Source: an uncultured Alphaproteobacteria bacterium (GTDB taxonomy: Bacteria; Pseudomonadota; Alphaproteobacteria; Rhizobiales; Xanthobacteraceae). Taken from it: a stretch of DNA of 64,000 bases. The stretch covers positions 1,247,680 through 1,311,679 of the forward strand of contig CAWJPD010000003.1 of assembly GCA_963844635.1 (NCBI GenBank). The letters are read 5' to 3'. The stretch's first letter is position 1, and each line of letters opens with the position of its first letter. Below the pieces are notes generated by a model. It was not told the origin of the DNA and made no database searches. It saw only the letters and a list, made by a program, of their open reading frames with translations. The translations under genes were made by a program, and so were the position numbers. Positions 1 through 12,713 of this stretch are shown here, piece after piece.

Positions 1-780
1 CCCATCGTCCCAGGCCTGGTCTCTCGGCGCAAAGGGACGATTGGAAAGGAATTCATACGTAGTGTCATCCGGGGCGATCATGCCGGCCTTCGCCCCAGCC
101 TCGATCGACATGTTGCAAATCGTCATCCGTTCATTCATTGACATCCGCCTGACGGTGGAGCCGGCATATTCGATCACGTGACCGATAGCTCCGCCGACGC
201 CGATCTTGGCGATGATGGCGAGAATGATGTCCTTTGCGGTCACACCAAATCCCACAGGCCCATCAATCATAATTCGGAGTGTGCCAGGCCGGCGCTGCCA
301 GATCGTCTGAGTTGCTATGACATGGGTCGTTTCGGAGGCGCCGATCCCAAAGGACAGGTTACCGAAGGCTCCGTGCGTCGAGGTATGCGAGTCGGCGCCC
401 ACCAGAACGATCCCGGGCTGGCTGAGGCCAAGCTCGGGACCCGCGATGTGAAGAATGCCCTGCCGCTCGTCCCCCCAACCGAACCTCGCAATGCCGTACT
501 CCTCGGTGTTTTGAACTAGAAGCTTGACCATATTGCGGATGTCCGCGTCGGGAATCGCGTCAATGCCTCGTGCCCGGATTAGCGGATCGGTCGGCACGTA
601 GTGATCGGAAAAAGCGAAGACCTTGTCGGGGTGGGCGACCGAGAGGCCTTGCTCATGCAATGCATCGAAGGTATGTCGCGAGCCTTCGTGAATAAGGCAT
701 CGGTCGACATAGAGCAGCGTTTCGTCTTCCTCCTGAGCGACGACGTGATTGTCCCATACTTTTTCGAACATCGTTCTCAT
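1..780 (-). CDS. Aconitase-family dehydratase large subunit (LeuC-like), N-terminal part; 3' end runs off the window
   Basis: Reverse translation from ATG (778-780) gives MRTMFEKVWDNHVVAQEEDETLLYVDRCLIHEGSRHTFDAL, which matches a LeuC/aconitase N-terminus. The frame stays open to position 1. Absent from the ORF track because no stop lies inside the window. Confidence 0.65.
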   Translation of the reverse strand, partial: MRTMFEKVWDNHVVAQEEDETLLYVDRCLIHEGSRHTFDALHEQGLSVAHPDKVFAFSDHYVPTDPLIRARGIDAIPDADIRNMVKLLVQNTEEYGIARFGWGDERQGILHIAGPELGLSQPGIVLVGADSHTSTHGAFGNLSFGIGASETTHVIATQTIWQRRPGTLRIMIDGPVGFGVTAKDIILAIIAKIGVGGAIGHVIEYAGSTVRRMSMNERMTICNMSIEAGAKAGMIAPDDTTYEFLSNRPFAPRDQAWDDG

Positions 781-877
781 TCTTTTCTTTGCTCCGATAG
801 CGCGGCAGGGGGGGTGAAACATGGGCGGACGGCGACCGGCGCCATCAGGCCTGAATGTAAGAGTTCTCGATAAGCAA

Positions 878-1859
878 TCATTCCACCCTGATGCCAGCGA
901 ACTTCACCACTTTTCCCAGCTTCTCGGTGTCGACCGCGACCAGACTGCCGAACTCGGCAGGCGTCATCGGCATCGGAATGTCACCGAGCTGGGCGAACCG
1001 GGCGGCAAGTTTTGGATTGCTCAGACCGGTGTTGATCTCCCTGTTGAGCTTGTCGATGATCTCCGATGGCGTGCCCCTTGGCGCGCCAACTCCATACCAC
1101 GTACTGATTTCGTAGCCCGGGATGAACTCGCCCGCACTTGCGAAGATCCGGGATCGCGTCCGACCGCATCGCACTGGTGACGGCAAGCCCGCGCAATCTG
1201 CCGGCCCCGATATATTCGATCGCCGACGCGAGCGAGGGGAACAAAACATCCACTTCGCCGCTCAATAGCCCGGTCAGTGCCGGCCCATTGCCGCGATACG
1301 GCACGTGGACCAGTCTGATGCCTGCCATCATCTGGAACAACTCGCCCGAGAGATGCCCTATGCCTCCGGTGCCGGCCGACCCCATGTTGAGCTTGCCGGG
1401 ATTTGCCTTCGCATAGGCAACGAACTCCGGGATTGTCTTGGCCGGAACCGACGGATTGGTCACCATGACAAGGGTCGTGCGGGCAATCCCCGCGACCGGC
1501 GCGATATCCCGCATGAAATTGAAATTGAGATTGCGGTATAGCGCAGCGTTGCTTGCATTGTTCGAACTGGCGAGGAGGAGTGTATAGCCGTCGGGAGGTG
1601 CGTTCACCACGACCTCTGTCCCAATGTTGTTGCCGGCTCCGGGCCGGTTTTCGACAATAAATGGCTGGCCGAGGCGCTCCGACAGCCACTGTCCCATCAG
1701 ACGCGCAAAGACGTCGTTCCCTCCGCCCGGTGAAACCGCAACAATCCAGCGCACGGGCCGTGTCGGATAGGCTTGCGCCCGCGCGGCTGGCGAGGCGAAC
1801 GACACCGTCGCAACGCCCACAGAGCGCTGGAGGAATCTGCGGCGCGTGAGTCGCATCAC
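878..1859 (-). pseudogene. Bug/TctC-family tripartite tricarboxylate transporter substrate-binding protein, split by one frameshift near 1139-1146
   Basis: ORF 981-1859 supplies a Tat-like signal (RRRFLQ) and the body up to ...AVTSAMRSDAIPDL. ORF 878-1249, in another frame, continues with ...GEFIPGYEISTWYGVGAPRGTPSEIIDKLNREI...AEFGSLV, a typical Bug C-terminus. Removing one nucleotide joins them. Confidence 0.8.
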
Positions 1860-1951
1860 TTGCTCCGAATATTTGCGGTCGCTTGCGCGGGGGGTAGCAA
1901 GCGGCGAGCTAGGGCTTCCTGGAAAATAACTGCTTCGACACGCGGCAGAAA

Positions 1952-2338
1952 TCAGCAGCCTGTGCGCCGAACGGCCCCGCGACGGTTCCAGTTACTTTCG
2001 CGGGTACCCTTAGCATTGCATCGTGATCGAGTCGTCACTACGGCCGCCGACGCGAGGCGTGCCCTATTCTGGGACAGGCGGGGCCGTCCTCGCAAACGAG
2101 CAGTAGCCGCACCCCCGGCAGACGATGCGGGCGCAGCCCGGTGCGAGGGCTGTTTCCGGTGCGACCATTCTCGCTGCGCGGCAGGCGCGCCAATGCTTAC
2201 GGCATTGATCGTGGCGAGGCGTCGCCCAATCAGCTTCACTCGCGAACCGATGTCGCCCCCGAGCGCAAGCGCGACGATGCCCACGACCGGGACTACCAAC
2301 AGTAGCAGGATGCCGAGACCGATTGGCTGTTGCCACAT
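1952..2338 (-). CDS. Possible small membrane protein translationally coupled to kynU (TGATG overlap); true length uncertain
   Basis: MWQQPIGLGILLLLVVPVVGIVALALGGD contains a strong TM helix, and about the first 60 codons are GC3-rich. The Arg-rich tail looks non-coding. Confidence 0.25.
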   Translation of the reverse strand: MWQQPIGLGILLLLVVPVVGIVALALGGDIGSRVKLIGRRLATINAVSIGAPAAQREWSHRKQPSHRAAPASSAGGAATARLRGRPRLSQNRARLASAAVVTTRSRCNAKGTRESNWNRRGAVRRTGC

Positions 2339-3567
2339 CACAGTGAGGTCAGCACATCAGCGATGCGCCCGACCGCAGCGTCGACTTCGTCGAGCGTTAT
2401 CGCAAGGCCAAAGCCGAAACGCACGTGTTCACCGCGGTGATCGGCTTGGATATCGGCGCCTGCCAGCCGGCGTTCGATGTCCTCGGCATTGCGTGCGCGG
2501 AATGAAAGAAAGTTGCCGTGAGCTGCGCCGTTGCCGAACGGAGTGATGAGGTCGCGACGCGCCAGTCTTTTCACGCCCAACAGCTCCAGGCGCTCCAAAA
2601 AGTGCCCCATCAGACTGGTCGCGTGTTCATGCACCTGCGCGATGTTGATTCCGTTTGCCGCCATCCAGGCAAGCACTGCACGCATGCGATACATGCCAAC
2701 CGGATCAAAAGTCGCGCCTAAAAAGCGGGCGCCGTCCGCCGGATAGGCGACTGCCTCGTCGGGCGAGTCGGCGAGTGCGCCAAATTCCGCAAACCACCCG
2801 GTGTCGGCAGGGCGCGGGCCATAACCGGGTGGGCAATGAAGGAAACAGACGCCCTCACCGGCCATGGCGTATTTGTAGCCACCGGCGATGTAAAACACCC
2901 GCCTCGCAACACTTGAAAGATCAGTCGGGCGCGCCATGAATCCGTGATAGCCGTCGATGACGATGAACGTCTCGATGCCGGGGACTGCCGCGGCCAAAGC
3001 TTCGATTTCGCCGCTGGTGGCGCCGCTCGTAAAGAAAACCTGGGAAACGAATAGGAGGTCATACCCTCCTTTCGTCGCGATCTCCCTGAAGCGCGTCGGA
3101 AAGGTCGCACTTGGCTCCGTAGGTACGTAATTGCAGATCGCCAAGCGGTCTTCTTGAAGACGAGCCACCTGCCGCCGGAAGCTATGGAACTCTGCATCGC
3201 TCGTTAGAATTCGCACAGGACGATTTGGCGAGAAGCAGGACAGGATTCTTCGCACGAACTCATGAGTGTTGGGTGCGATGGCAATCGCAGAAGGATCAGG
3301 GAGCTTGAGAACTGTTGCGATATCGGCCTGCAGGGCAGGCATCAATTCCCCGAACACGTATACCCATTTGTCGCCGGCGAGCCGTGCGGCGTCGTCCCAG
3401 CAGCGCATCTGCGCCTCGAACGTGACGTCAGGCCACTCGTGATGGCTATGCGCCGCAAGGTTGATGCGCCGCGGATTGGCGTCCCGAAATCGGGAGAAGT
3501 GACTGCGCAGGTCGAGCGTCGGCATGGTCTCCGTGTCCGCAAAGCGGGGCGTGACGACAATGTTCAC
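2338..3567 (-). CDS. kynU: Kynureninase
   Basis: 409 aa with a class-V aminotransferase-like fold. Motifs include ...LLFVSQVFFTSGA..., ...VIDGYHGF..., ...GGYKYAMAGEGVCFL... The GTG start overlaps the kynA stop (GTGA). Confidence 0.85.
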   Translation of the reverse strand: MNIVVTPRFADTETMPTLDLRSHFSRFRDANPRRINLAAHSHHEWPDVTFEAQMRCWDDAARLAGDKWVYVFGELMPALQADIATVLKLPDPSAIAIAPNTHEFVRRILSCFSPNRPVRILTSDAEFHSFRRQVARLQEDRLAICNYVPTEPSATFPTRFREIATKGGYDLLFVSQVFFTSGATSGEIEALAAAVPGIETFIVIDGYHGFMARPTDLSSVARRVFYIAGGYKYAMAGEGVCFLHCPPGYGPRPADTGWFAEFGALADSPDEAVAYPADGARFLGATFDPVGMYRMRAVLAWMAANGINIAQVHEHATSLMGHFLERLELLGVKRLARRDLITPFGNGAAHGNFLSFRARNAEDIERRLAGADIQADHRGEHVRFGFGLAITLDEVDAAVGRIADVLTSL

Positions 3568-4643
3568 TCGGTCGCGTAAACGAAACCGAGGCGCCGCTTC
3601 ACCTCGGCCGGCAGCTCTGGTAGCGAGGAACGCGGGATGAGGAATGTCGAAAGCTGGAACAGATCGCCAAAAATGCGATGCCGCTCGGCCGTGTTCCGCA
3701 AATAGGAAGAACCGGATGAACCACCAGTCCCGATCTTGCGGCCGATCATCCGTTCCACCATCAAAGCATGACGGTAACGCCAGAATGTGAGCGTCTCATC
3801 GAGATCCATAAGCAAGGAGAGAAGACGGAACGGCTGCTGCACCGCCGGCATTTCGCGATAGACGGTGATGAAGAGTGCTGCCTGGATGGCCTGCGGAGAA
3901 AGTCGCCATGTCGCTGGACGAGTGTCGGGGTCAAAGATCGCTGCAAACGCCGTGATCGCGCGATCGATCCCGCTTTTGTCCTGCGCTCGGCGCTCGGCTG
4001 GGATCGCCTCATCGGCTTCAATCGTTTTCACATCCGCCGAAAGATGTTTGATCACCGCAGCCCGATAGGCGGCGCGAAACGACTCACCTCCCCAGTCCAG
4101 GAAAGGCGTGCGGGCAAGCCAGGTGTCGAGCAGCGTCAGCATCGTCGGATGCGCTCGCGCCGACGCCAGCGCATTGCGGTCGTTAACGGAAAGGCGCTTC
4201 TCGACAGCTTCGCCGTCAAACCGGATTCGGGTCGTTTCGGACAGTCCAAGCCGCGTCTCGATCATTCGAAACTGAAGCGACTGAAAGCCCGAAGCGGGAA
4301 AAAGATAATCGCGGAAATCCAAAAAGTCCGCGGGCGTCATCGTCTCCAGCACATCGAGTTGCACGACCAGTAGCCTGAGGATTTCATGAATGCGCGCGAG
4401 CGAGTGCACGATGCGCGCCATGGCCTCGTCGCCCACCGGATTGCCAGAAAAGTCCTCTTCGATGCGATCGAACTCGTGCAGCACCTGCTTGAACCATAAT
4501 TCGTAAGCCTGGTGAACAATGATGAAAAGCATTTCATCGTGGACCGGGGCTCCATGCTTCGCGCTTTCAGGCGTCTGCAGCGACAGCAGTCGATCGAGCC
4601 GGAGATAATCTCCGTAATATACGGCGGGCGGGGTCATGGACAC
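3564..4643 (-). CDS. kynA: Tryptophan 2,3-dioxygenase (long form)
   Basis: YGDYLRLDRLLSLQTP...HDEMLFIIVHQAYELWFKQVLHE...FRDYL.PASGFQS.QFR...GTGGSSG..YL are TDO signatures. Start is GTG 4643 or ATG 4637. Confidence 0.88.
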   Translation of the reverse strand: MSMTPPAVYYGDYLRLDRLLSLQTPESAKHGAPVHDEMLFIIVHQAYELWFKQVLHEFDRIEEDFSGNPVGDEAMARIVHSLARIHEILRLLVVQLDVLETMTPADFLDFRDYLFPASGFQSLQFRMIETRLGLSETTRIRFDGEAVEKRLSVNDRNALASARAHPTMLTLLDTWLARTPFLDWGGESFRAAYRAAVIKHLSADVKTIEADEAIPAERRAQDKSGIDRAITAFAAIFDPDTRPATWRLSPQAIQAALFITVYREMPAVQQPFRLLSLLMDLDETLTFWRYRHALMVERMIGRKIGTGGSSGSSYLRNTAERHRIFGDLFQLSTFLIPRSSLPELPAEVKRRLGFVYATE

Positions 4644-4788
4644 CTACGCTTATCGAGAAGCTCACACATTGGGGGAGTCGCGTCCCGCAACGGAATCGAG
4701 TGTTGTCGGAACTTTAGGCGCTGTCGAGAGAGGAGCGCCGCGCGGGCTGCGGCATTCCGGCCCGCCATCCGAAAGAAGAAGCTTTAAT

Positions 4789-4813
4789 CTTGAATATTCA
4801 AGCTTGAAATATT
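4789..4813. promoter_or_regulatory. Perfect 14-bp palindrome CTTGAATATTCAAG plus an adjacent third half-site CTTGAAATATT, in the kynA/abm divergent promoter region
   Basis: Read directly from the sequence. This is an AT-rich island in a GC-rich intergenic region, about 60 bp upstream of the 4861 ATG. A MarR regulator is encoded in the downstream operon. Confidence 0.45.
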
Positions 4814-4860
4814 ATTGAAGAATCCGAGGCGTCAGGTGTTCCTGGCAAGCGAGGCATCGC

Positions 4861-7152
<2,292 letters not shown>

Positions 7153-7158
7153 GCAGCG

Positions 7159-7923
7159 ATGAACTCGCTCGCCGCCAGACATGCGTTGGTCACCGGTGGC
7201 GGAACGGGAATCGGCGCCGCCATCGCAATTGCGCTTGCACATGCCGGCGCAGCAGTCACGATATGTGGTCGACGTTTGGCGCCACTGCAAGCTGTCGCAG
7301 CCGAAAGTGGCAATATCCGCGCCGCGACTGCAGATGTGACCGACGAAGCCGCGATGACAACGCTCTATGAAGCGGCCGCGACGACCGGCAGGCCCGTCGA
7401 TATCGTTGTTGCCAATGCCGGCATTGCCGAGAGCGCGCCCGCCCACGTCACATCGCTCGATCTTTGGAACCGGACCCTCAACGTAAACCTGACCGGTGCA
7501 TTCGTTTCGGTGAAGCCAGCGCTCGTTGCAATGCGCGCCCGCGGCTTCGGGCGAATCGTGTTTATTGCCTCGACAGCGGGGCTCCGAGGATACGCGTATG
7601 TAGCTCCCTATGTGGCCGCAAAGCATGGCGTCATCGGATTGACCCGAGCGCTCGCACTTGAAACGGCCTCAGCCGGCATCACCGTAAATGCTGTATGCCC
7701 AGGATTCACCGAAACGGAGATGTTGGCCAACTCGATTGATCGCATTGTCTCCGCGACAAAACGCGATGCCGGGGACGTTCGTAGCGTGCTCGCTGCGGTC
7801 AATCCGCAGCAGCAATTCATTGAGCCGAAGGAAGTGGCCAATGTGGTGCTTTGGCTGTGCGATGCCGCAAGCGCAGCAATTACCGGTCAGGCCATTTCTG
7901 TTTCCGGGGGTGAGACATGGTGA
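7159..7923 (+). CDS. SDR-family oxidoreductase (3-hydroxyacyl-CoA dehydrogenase-like)
   Basis: [14 protein letters not shown] (TGxxxGxG) and YVAAKHG (YxxxK). Confidence 0.85.
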   Translation: MNSLAARHALVTGGGTGIGAAIAIALAHAGAAVTICGRRLAPLQAVAAESGNIRAATADVTDEAAMTTLYEAAATTGRPVDIVVANAGIAESAPAHVTSLDLWNRTLNVNLTGAFVSVKPALVAMRARGFGRIVFIASTAGLRGYAYVAPYVAAKHGVIGLTRALALETASAGITVNAVCPGFTETEMLANSIDRIVSATKRDAGDVRSVLAAVNPQQQFIEPKEVANVVLWLCDAASAAITGQAISVSGGETW

Positions 7924-8393
7924 GCGGCTTGCCTGTTTCAGCCCGCCGGGAGACCGAAAGCAAAGCGCGGCTGCGGCTGTGGATCAGGCTGTTGCGCGCC
8001 ACCCGGGTCGTCGAAAGCAAGACGCGCGAACGGTTTAAGGCGAAGTTCAACGTCACATTGCCGCGTTTCGACGTGATGGCAGCGCTCTCCCGCAGGCCCG
8101 ACGGCATGCTGATGAGCGAGATTTCCCGCTTTCTGCTGGTGTCGAATGGCAACGTCACCGGTATCGTCGATCGGCTGGCATCGGACGGGCTGGTGGTGCG
8201 TTCCCAGCGTAACGGTGACCGCCGCACCTCGTTCGTGAGCCTGACCGCCAAGGGCCACGCGGCGTTCGCGACCATGTCGGAAGCGCACGAAAGCTGGATC
8301 GATGCACTGTTCGGGAGCCTTAGGGAGCGCGAAGCACAGCAATTGTCGTCAAAGCTGAAGTCTTTCAGCAGTGAGTGGGAGGGCGAAACATGA
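7917..8393 (+). CDS. MarR-family transcriptional regulator
   Basis: 158 aa. [48 protein letters not shown] is a winged-HTH MarR pattern. Overlaps both neighbouring genes. Confidence 0.8.
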   Translation: MVSGLPVSARRETESKARLRLWIRLLRATRVVESKTRERFKAKFNVTLPRFDVMAALSRRPDGMLMSEISRFLLVSNGNVTGIVDRLASDGLVVRSQRNGDRRTSFVSLTAKGHAAFATMSEAHESWIDALFGSLREREAQQLSSKLKSFSSEWEGET

Positions 8394-9202
8394 AGGTAAT
8401 GGCCACGCTCAAACCCACACATTTTCTGTGGCGGATCGAGGACAATATCGCTGTCATCCAATTGAGCAGGCCGGAGCGCAAGAACCCTCTGACGTTCGAG
8501 TCCTATGCCGAGCTGCGCGACACCTTCCAGGACCTGCGCGATGCCGGCGACGTCACCGTCGTCGTGTTCCTGCCCAATGGCGGGAATTTCTGTTCGGGCG
8601 GCGATGTCCGCGACATCATCGGCCCGCTTGTCGGCATGGACATCAAAGCGTTGCTTGCGTTCACCCGCATGACCGGCGACCTTGTCAGGGCCATGCTCGG
8701 TTGCGGCAAGCCGATCATCGCCGCCGTTGACGGCGTTGCCGTCGGGGCCGGCGCAATTATCGCGATGGCCGCCGACTTTCGCCTCGCGACTCCCGAAGCA
8801 AAGACCGCGTTTCTGTTCACACGGGTCGGTCTTGCTGGTTGCGACATGGGGGCTTGCGCCATCCTGCCCCGACTGATCGGACAAGGCCGCGCCGCCGAGC
8901 TTTTGTACACAGGTCGGACGATGACAGCCGACGAGGGCGAACGCTGGGGCTTTTTCAATAGGCTCGTAGCCGCAGAGAAGCTTGCCGGGGAAGCGCTGTC
9001 GCTTGCCCGCGAACTCGCGTCAGGTCCGACCTTCGCGCACGGCATCACCAAGACACAGCTGAACCAGGAATGGTCGATGAGCCTCGACCAGGCGATCGAG
9101 TCGGAAGCGCAGGCGCAGGCGATCTGCATGCGAACCGGGGATTTCGAGCGCGCCTATCATGCCTTCGTTGCGAGGCAACGTCCCGCGTTCGAGGGCAATT
9201 GA
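8390..9202 (+). CDS. Enoyl-CoA hydratase/isomerase (crotonase) family protein
   Basis: ATGA overlap with the MarR stop. ...[10 protein letters not shown]...[23 protein letters not shown] is the crotonase oxyanion-hole region. Confidence 0.85.
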   Translation: MKVMATLKPTHFLWRIEDNIAVIQLSRPERKNPLTFESYAELRDTFQDLRDAGDVTVVVFLPNGGNFCSGGDVRDIIGPLVGMDIKALLAFTRMTGDLVRAMLGCGKPIIAAVDGVAVGAGAIIAMAADFRLATPEAKTAFLFTRVGLAGCDMGACAILPRLIGQGRAAELLYTGRTMTADEGERWGFFNRLVAAEKLAGEALSLARELASGPTFAHGITKTQLNQEWSMSLDQAIESEAQAQAICMRTGDFERAYHAFVARQRPAFEGN

Positions 9203-10350
9203 TGTCGGATAAGAGCTTTCTCGCTTGGCCCTTCTTCGAGGAGCGGCATCGTATCCTCGCCACACAACTCGACACTTGGTGCCGATCCCACCTCCCGATC
9301 GATGAGGACGATGTAGACGCTGCCTGCCGTGCACTTACGGCAAAGCTTGGCGAGGACGGCTGGCTGATGCACTCCGCCGTCGATCCGGATGCACCGGACC
9401 CTCTCGATCTGCGTGCTCTCTGCCTGATAAGGGAGACGCTTGCAAACCGAGATGCGCTCGCGGACTTCACCTTTGCCATGCAGGGGCTCGGTGCCGGCCC
9501 CATCAGCCTGTTCGGCACCACTGCGCACCGGCAATGGCTGAAGCGGACGCGGGCAGGGACGGCAATCGCGGCATTTGCGCTGTCCGAGGCGTCATCTGGA
9601 TCGGATGTTGCCAACATTGCCATGACAGCTACCCGCGATGGCAGCGATTACCTTCTCAATGGGGAAAAGACCTGGATCTCGAATGCCGGCATAGCCGATT
9701 TTTATGTGATTTTTGCCCGGACCGGCGAGCGGCCGGGAGCCAAGGGGATTTCCGCCTTTGTCGTGCCGGCAAGCGTCCCCGGCCTCGCGATCGTCGAGCG
9801 AATTGCGGTGATTGCGCCACACCCGCTGGCGCGCATAAGATTCGACAACGTGCGCGTGCCGGGTGACGCAATGATCGGCGCGCCCGGCGACGGCTTTCGG
9901 ATTGCGATGGCGACGCTCGACGTTTTCCGGACGACGGTCGCCGCAGCAGCACTCGGCTTCTCCCGCCGCGCGCTTGATGAAACGATAGCACGCGCCCGCG
10001 AGCGCCGGCTGTTCGGAGCTCCGCTTTGTGACCTGCAAATGGTGCAGGCCTATATTGCCGAGATGGCGCTCGATGTCGATGCACCCGCGCTTCTTGTCTA
10101 CCGTGCGGCCTGGATCAAGGATACGGGCCACGGCCGCGTAAGCCGTGAAGCCGCGATGGCGAAGCTGTTTGCGACCGAGCGCGCGCAGAAGGTGATCGAC
10201 AAGGCGGTGCAGATCCATGGCGGCGATGGCGTCCGCAGTGGGCACATTGTTGAAAACCTGTACCGAAACATCCGGGCGCTCCGAATCTACGAGGGCGCGT
10301 CCGAAATCCAGAAGACCATCATCGCGCGCCACATGCTTTCCGGAGGCTGA
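9202..10350 (+). CDS. Acyl-CoA dehydrogenase family protein
   Basis: The internal ATG at 9202 overlaps the upstream stop (TGATG). ...GEKTWISNAG...QIHGGDG...YEGASEIQKTIIARHML. Confidence 0.85.
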   Translation: MSDKSFLAWPFFEERHRILATQLDTWCRSHLPIDEDDVDAACRALTAKLGEDGWLMHSAVDPDAPDPLDLRALCLIRETLANRDALADFTFAMQGLGAGPISLFGTTAHRQWLKRTRAGTAIAAFALSEASSGSDVANIAMTATRDGSDYLLNGEKTWISNAGIADFYVIFARTGERPGAKGISAFVVPASVPGLAIVERIAVIAPHPLARIRFDNVRVPGDAMIGAPGDGFRIAMATLDVFRTTVAAAALGFSRRALDETIARARERRLFGAPLCDLQMVQAYIAEMALDVDAPALLVYRAAWIKDTGHGRVSREAAMAKLFATERAQKVIDKAVQIHGGDGVRSGHIVENLYRNIRALRIYEGASEIQKTIIARHMLSGG

Positions 10351-10352
10351 TC

Positions 10353-11996
10353 ATGCTCGGCCCAACCGCCCACATCGACACCTTCGCACGCGATAATCTG
10401 CCGCCCTTCGACCAGTGGCCGCGACTTTTGCTTGACCGCTTCAACTATCCCGAGGAGCTCAATGTCGCGGTCGAATTGACGGACCGCATGGTGGAACGCG
10501 GTTTTGGCGACCATGTTGCCCTGATTGGAAACGGCCGCAGACGTACCTACAAGGAGCTCTCCGACTGGACCAACCGGCTCGCCCGGGCCCTTGTCGAGGA
10601 CTACGGCATCGAGCCGGGAAACCGGATCCTGATCCGCTCCGCCAACAATCCGGCCATGGTTGCGTGCTGGCTTGCAGCGACCAAGGCAGGTGCGGTGGTG
10701 GTCAATACGATGCCGATGTTGCGCGCGGGTGAGATCGCCAAGGTCGTTGACAAGGCCGAGATTGGGTTGGCCCTCTGCGACACGCGACTGATGGACGAGT
10801 TGATTGCCTGTGCAAAGAAGAGCCGTTTTCTGACCAAAGTGATCGGTTTCGACGGCACGGCAAACCACGACGCCGAGCTCGACCGTATCGCTCTCGACAA
10901 GCCGGTGCGTTTTGTGGCGGTGAGGACTGGCCCTGACGACGTAGCGCTTTTGAGCTTCACATCCGGCACAACCGGGGAGCCGAAGGCGACGATGCACTTC
11001 CATCGCGACCTGCTGATCATCGCGGACGGCTATGCCGCGGAGATCCTTCACGTTACATCCGACGATGTATTCGTGGGATCGCCGCCGCTTGCGTTCACAT
11101 TCGGCCTTGGCGGTCTTGCTGTCTTTCCGTTGCGCTTCGGAGCCACCGCGACGCTGTTGGAGAATGCATCGCCTGCAAACATGATCGAGATTATCGAAAC
11201 CTACGGGGCAACGATCTCGTTCACTGCGCCAACCGCCTACCGCGCCATGCTGGCTGCGATGGACAGCGGCGCCGACCTGTCGTCGCTTCGCGTCGCCGTG
11301 TCGGCCGGCGAGACCCTGCCAGTACCCGTGTACAACGAGTGGGTGAAGAAGACCGGCAAACCCATTCTCGACGGCATCGGCTCCACGGAGCTGTTGCACA
11401 TCTTCATCTCAAATCGCGTCGATGACTGCGCCCCGGGATGCACCGGAAAGCCGGTCGGCGGCTACCACGCGAAAGTCGTCGACGATGACATGAACGAAAA
11501 GCCGCGCGGAGAGGTCGGTCGGCTGGCAATTCGCGGGCCGACCGGCTGCCGCTATTTATCGGACGCCCGACAATCGACATATGTGCAAGATGGTTGGAAC
11601 CTGACCGGCAATTCCTTTGTCGAGGACGAGGACGGCTATTTCCATTTTGCCGCGCGCAGTGACGATATCATCGTTTCGGCCGGCTATAACATCGCGGGTC
11701 CGGAGGTAGAGGCAGCGCTCTTGTCCCATCCAAACGTGAAGGAATGCGCTGTCATCGGCATACCAGATGACGAGCGCGGACAAATCGTGCAGGCTCACGT
11801 GGTGTTGGAGAACGGTGTGGCCGGCGGCAGCGAGACCGCGCGAGAGTTGCAGAATCATGTGAAGGCGACGATTGCGCCTTACAAATATCCGCGATCGATC
11901 AAGTTCACCGACACGCTTCCAAAAACGGAGACCGGGAAAATCCAACGGTTCCGGCTCCGACCGCTGCCGCAGCAAATGCCGGGGCTCGGCAAGTGA
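10353..11996 (+). CDS. abmG: 2-aminobenzoate(anthranilate)/benzoate-CoA ligase family, AMP-forming
   Basis: 547 aa. FTSGTTGEPKA (AMP-binding P-loop), ...GYNIAGPEVE..., ...PKTETGKIQRF. Substrate is inferred from context. Confidence 0.75.
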   Translation: MLGPTAHIDTFARDNLPPFDQWPRLLLDRFNYPEELNVAVELTDRMVERGFGDHVALIGNGRRRTYKELSDWTNRLARALVEDYGIEPGNRILIRSANNPAMVACWLAATKAGAVVVNTMPMLRAGEIAKVVDKAEIGLALCDTRLMDELIACAKKSRFLTKVIGFDGTANHDAELDRIALDKPVRFVAVRTGPDDVALLSFTSGTTGEPKATMHFHRDLLIIADGYAAEILHVTSDDVFVGSPPLAFTFGLGGLAVFPLRFGATATLLENASPANMIEIIETYGATISFTAPTAYRAMLAAMDSGADLSSLRVAVSAGETLPVPVYNEWVKKTGKPILDGIGSTELLHIFISNRVDDCAPGCTGKPVGGYHAKVVDDDMNEKPRGEVGRLAIRGPTGCRYLSDARQSTYVQDGWNLTGNSFVEDEDGYFHFAARSDDIIVSAGYNIAGPEVEAALLSHPNVKECAVIGIPDDERGQIVQAHVVLENGVAGGSETARELQNHVKATIAPYKYPRSIKFTDTLPKTETGKIQRFRLRPLPQQMPGLGK

Positions 11997-12415
11997 CTAG
12001 GCCTCTGACTTCGCACAGGTTTGTAAATCCACCCGGCTGGAAACGCGGCAACGGCTATGCCAACGGCGTCGTCGCGGAAGGGAGAATGGTCTTCGTCGCA
12101 GGGCAGATTGGATGGAATGCCGACCAGCAGCTTGTCAGCCCGGACTTCGTGGCCCAGGCGCGTCAAGCGCTGGAGAATGTCGTCACGATTGTGCGGGAAG
12201 CTGGTGGCTCAGCCGAGGACATTACCCGGCTCACATGGTTTATTACCGACAAGGCGGAATATTTGGCGCGATCGGAAGAACTCGGTGAGGCCTATCGCAG
12301 CGTGATGGGCAGGCATTTCTCTGCCATGACCATGGTCCAGGTGATCGCTCTCATCGAAGATGGCGCCAAAGTTGAGATAGAGGCGTCGGCAATACTGCCC
12401 GCTTTTCGGGGATAA
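11993..12415 (+). CDS. RidA/YjgF-family (reactive enamine/imine deaminase-like) protein
   Basis: 140 aa. ...YANGVVAEGRMVFVAGQIGW...MTMVQVIALIEDGAKVEIEA. The GTG start overlaps the ligase stop. Confidence 0.8.
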   Translation: MTRPLTSHRFVNPPGWKRGNGYANGVVAEGRMVFVAGQIGWNADQQLVSPDFVAQARQALENVVTIVREAGGSAEDITRLTWFITDKAEYLARSEELGEAYRSVMGRHFSAMTMVQVIALIEDGAKVEIEASAILPAFRG

Positions 12416-12539
12416 GCGCCGATTGATCGGTCGGAAAAGAGCAATTCCGCTTCTCCTGTTGCGTGGCCATTTCTTTTCCACGGCAATGGGAATAAAGCGA
12501 TACCGACCTGACCATGTGAGTGACTTGGTGGCAGTTTGA

Positions 12540-12713
12540 GAATCTGTCGGCGAGCTCGCGGACTGTTATGGTCATCGCGGCCGGGCCTTCGCCCTTGTCC
12601 ACGGCCCTGAGGATTCCACGCGCGGCTCTGCGGGCGTGGTCACGGGTGATCTCGCCGACCCGCGCAATCCGTTGCCAGCGGTGGGGGTCCGAGTTCGTTC
12701 GGTCCCGCGTCAC
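12540..12713 (-). pseudogene. N-terminal stub (about 55 aa) of a tyrosine integrase (DUF4102-type arm-binding region)
   Basis: ...RIARVGEITRDHARRAARGILRAVDKGEGPAAMTITVRELADRF resembles P4-type integrase N-termini. No catalytic domain follows. Confidence 0.55.
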
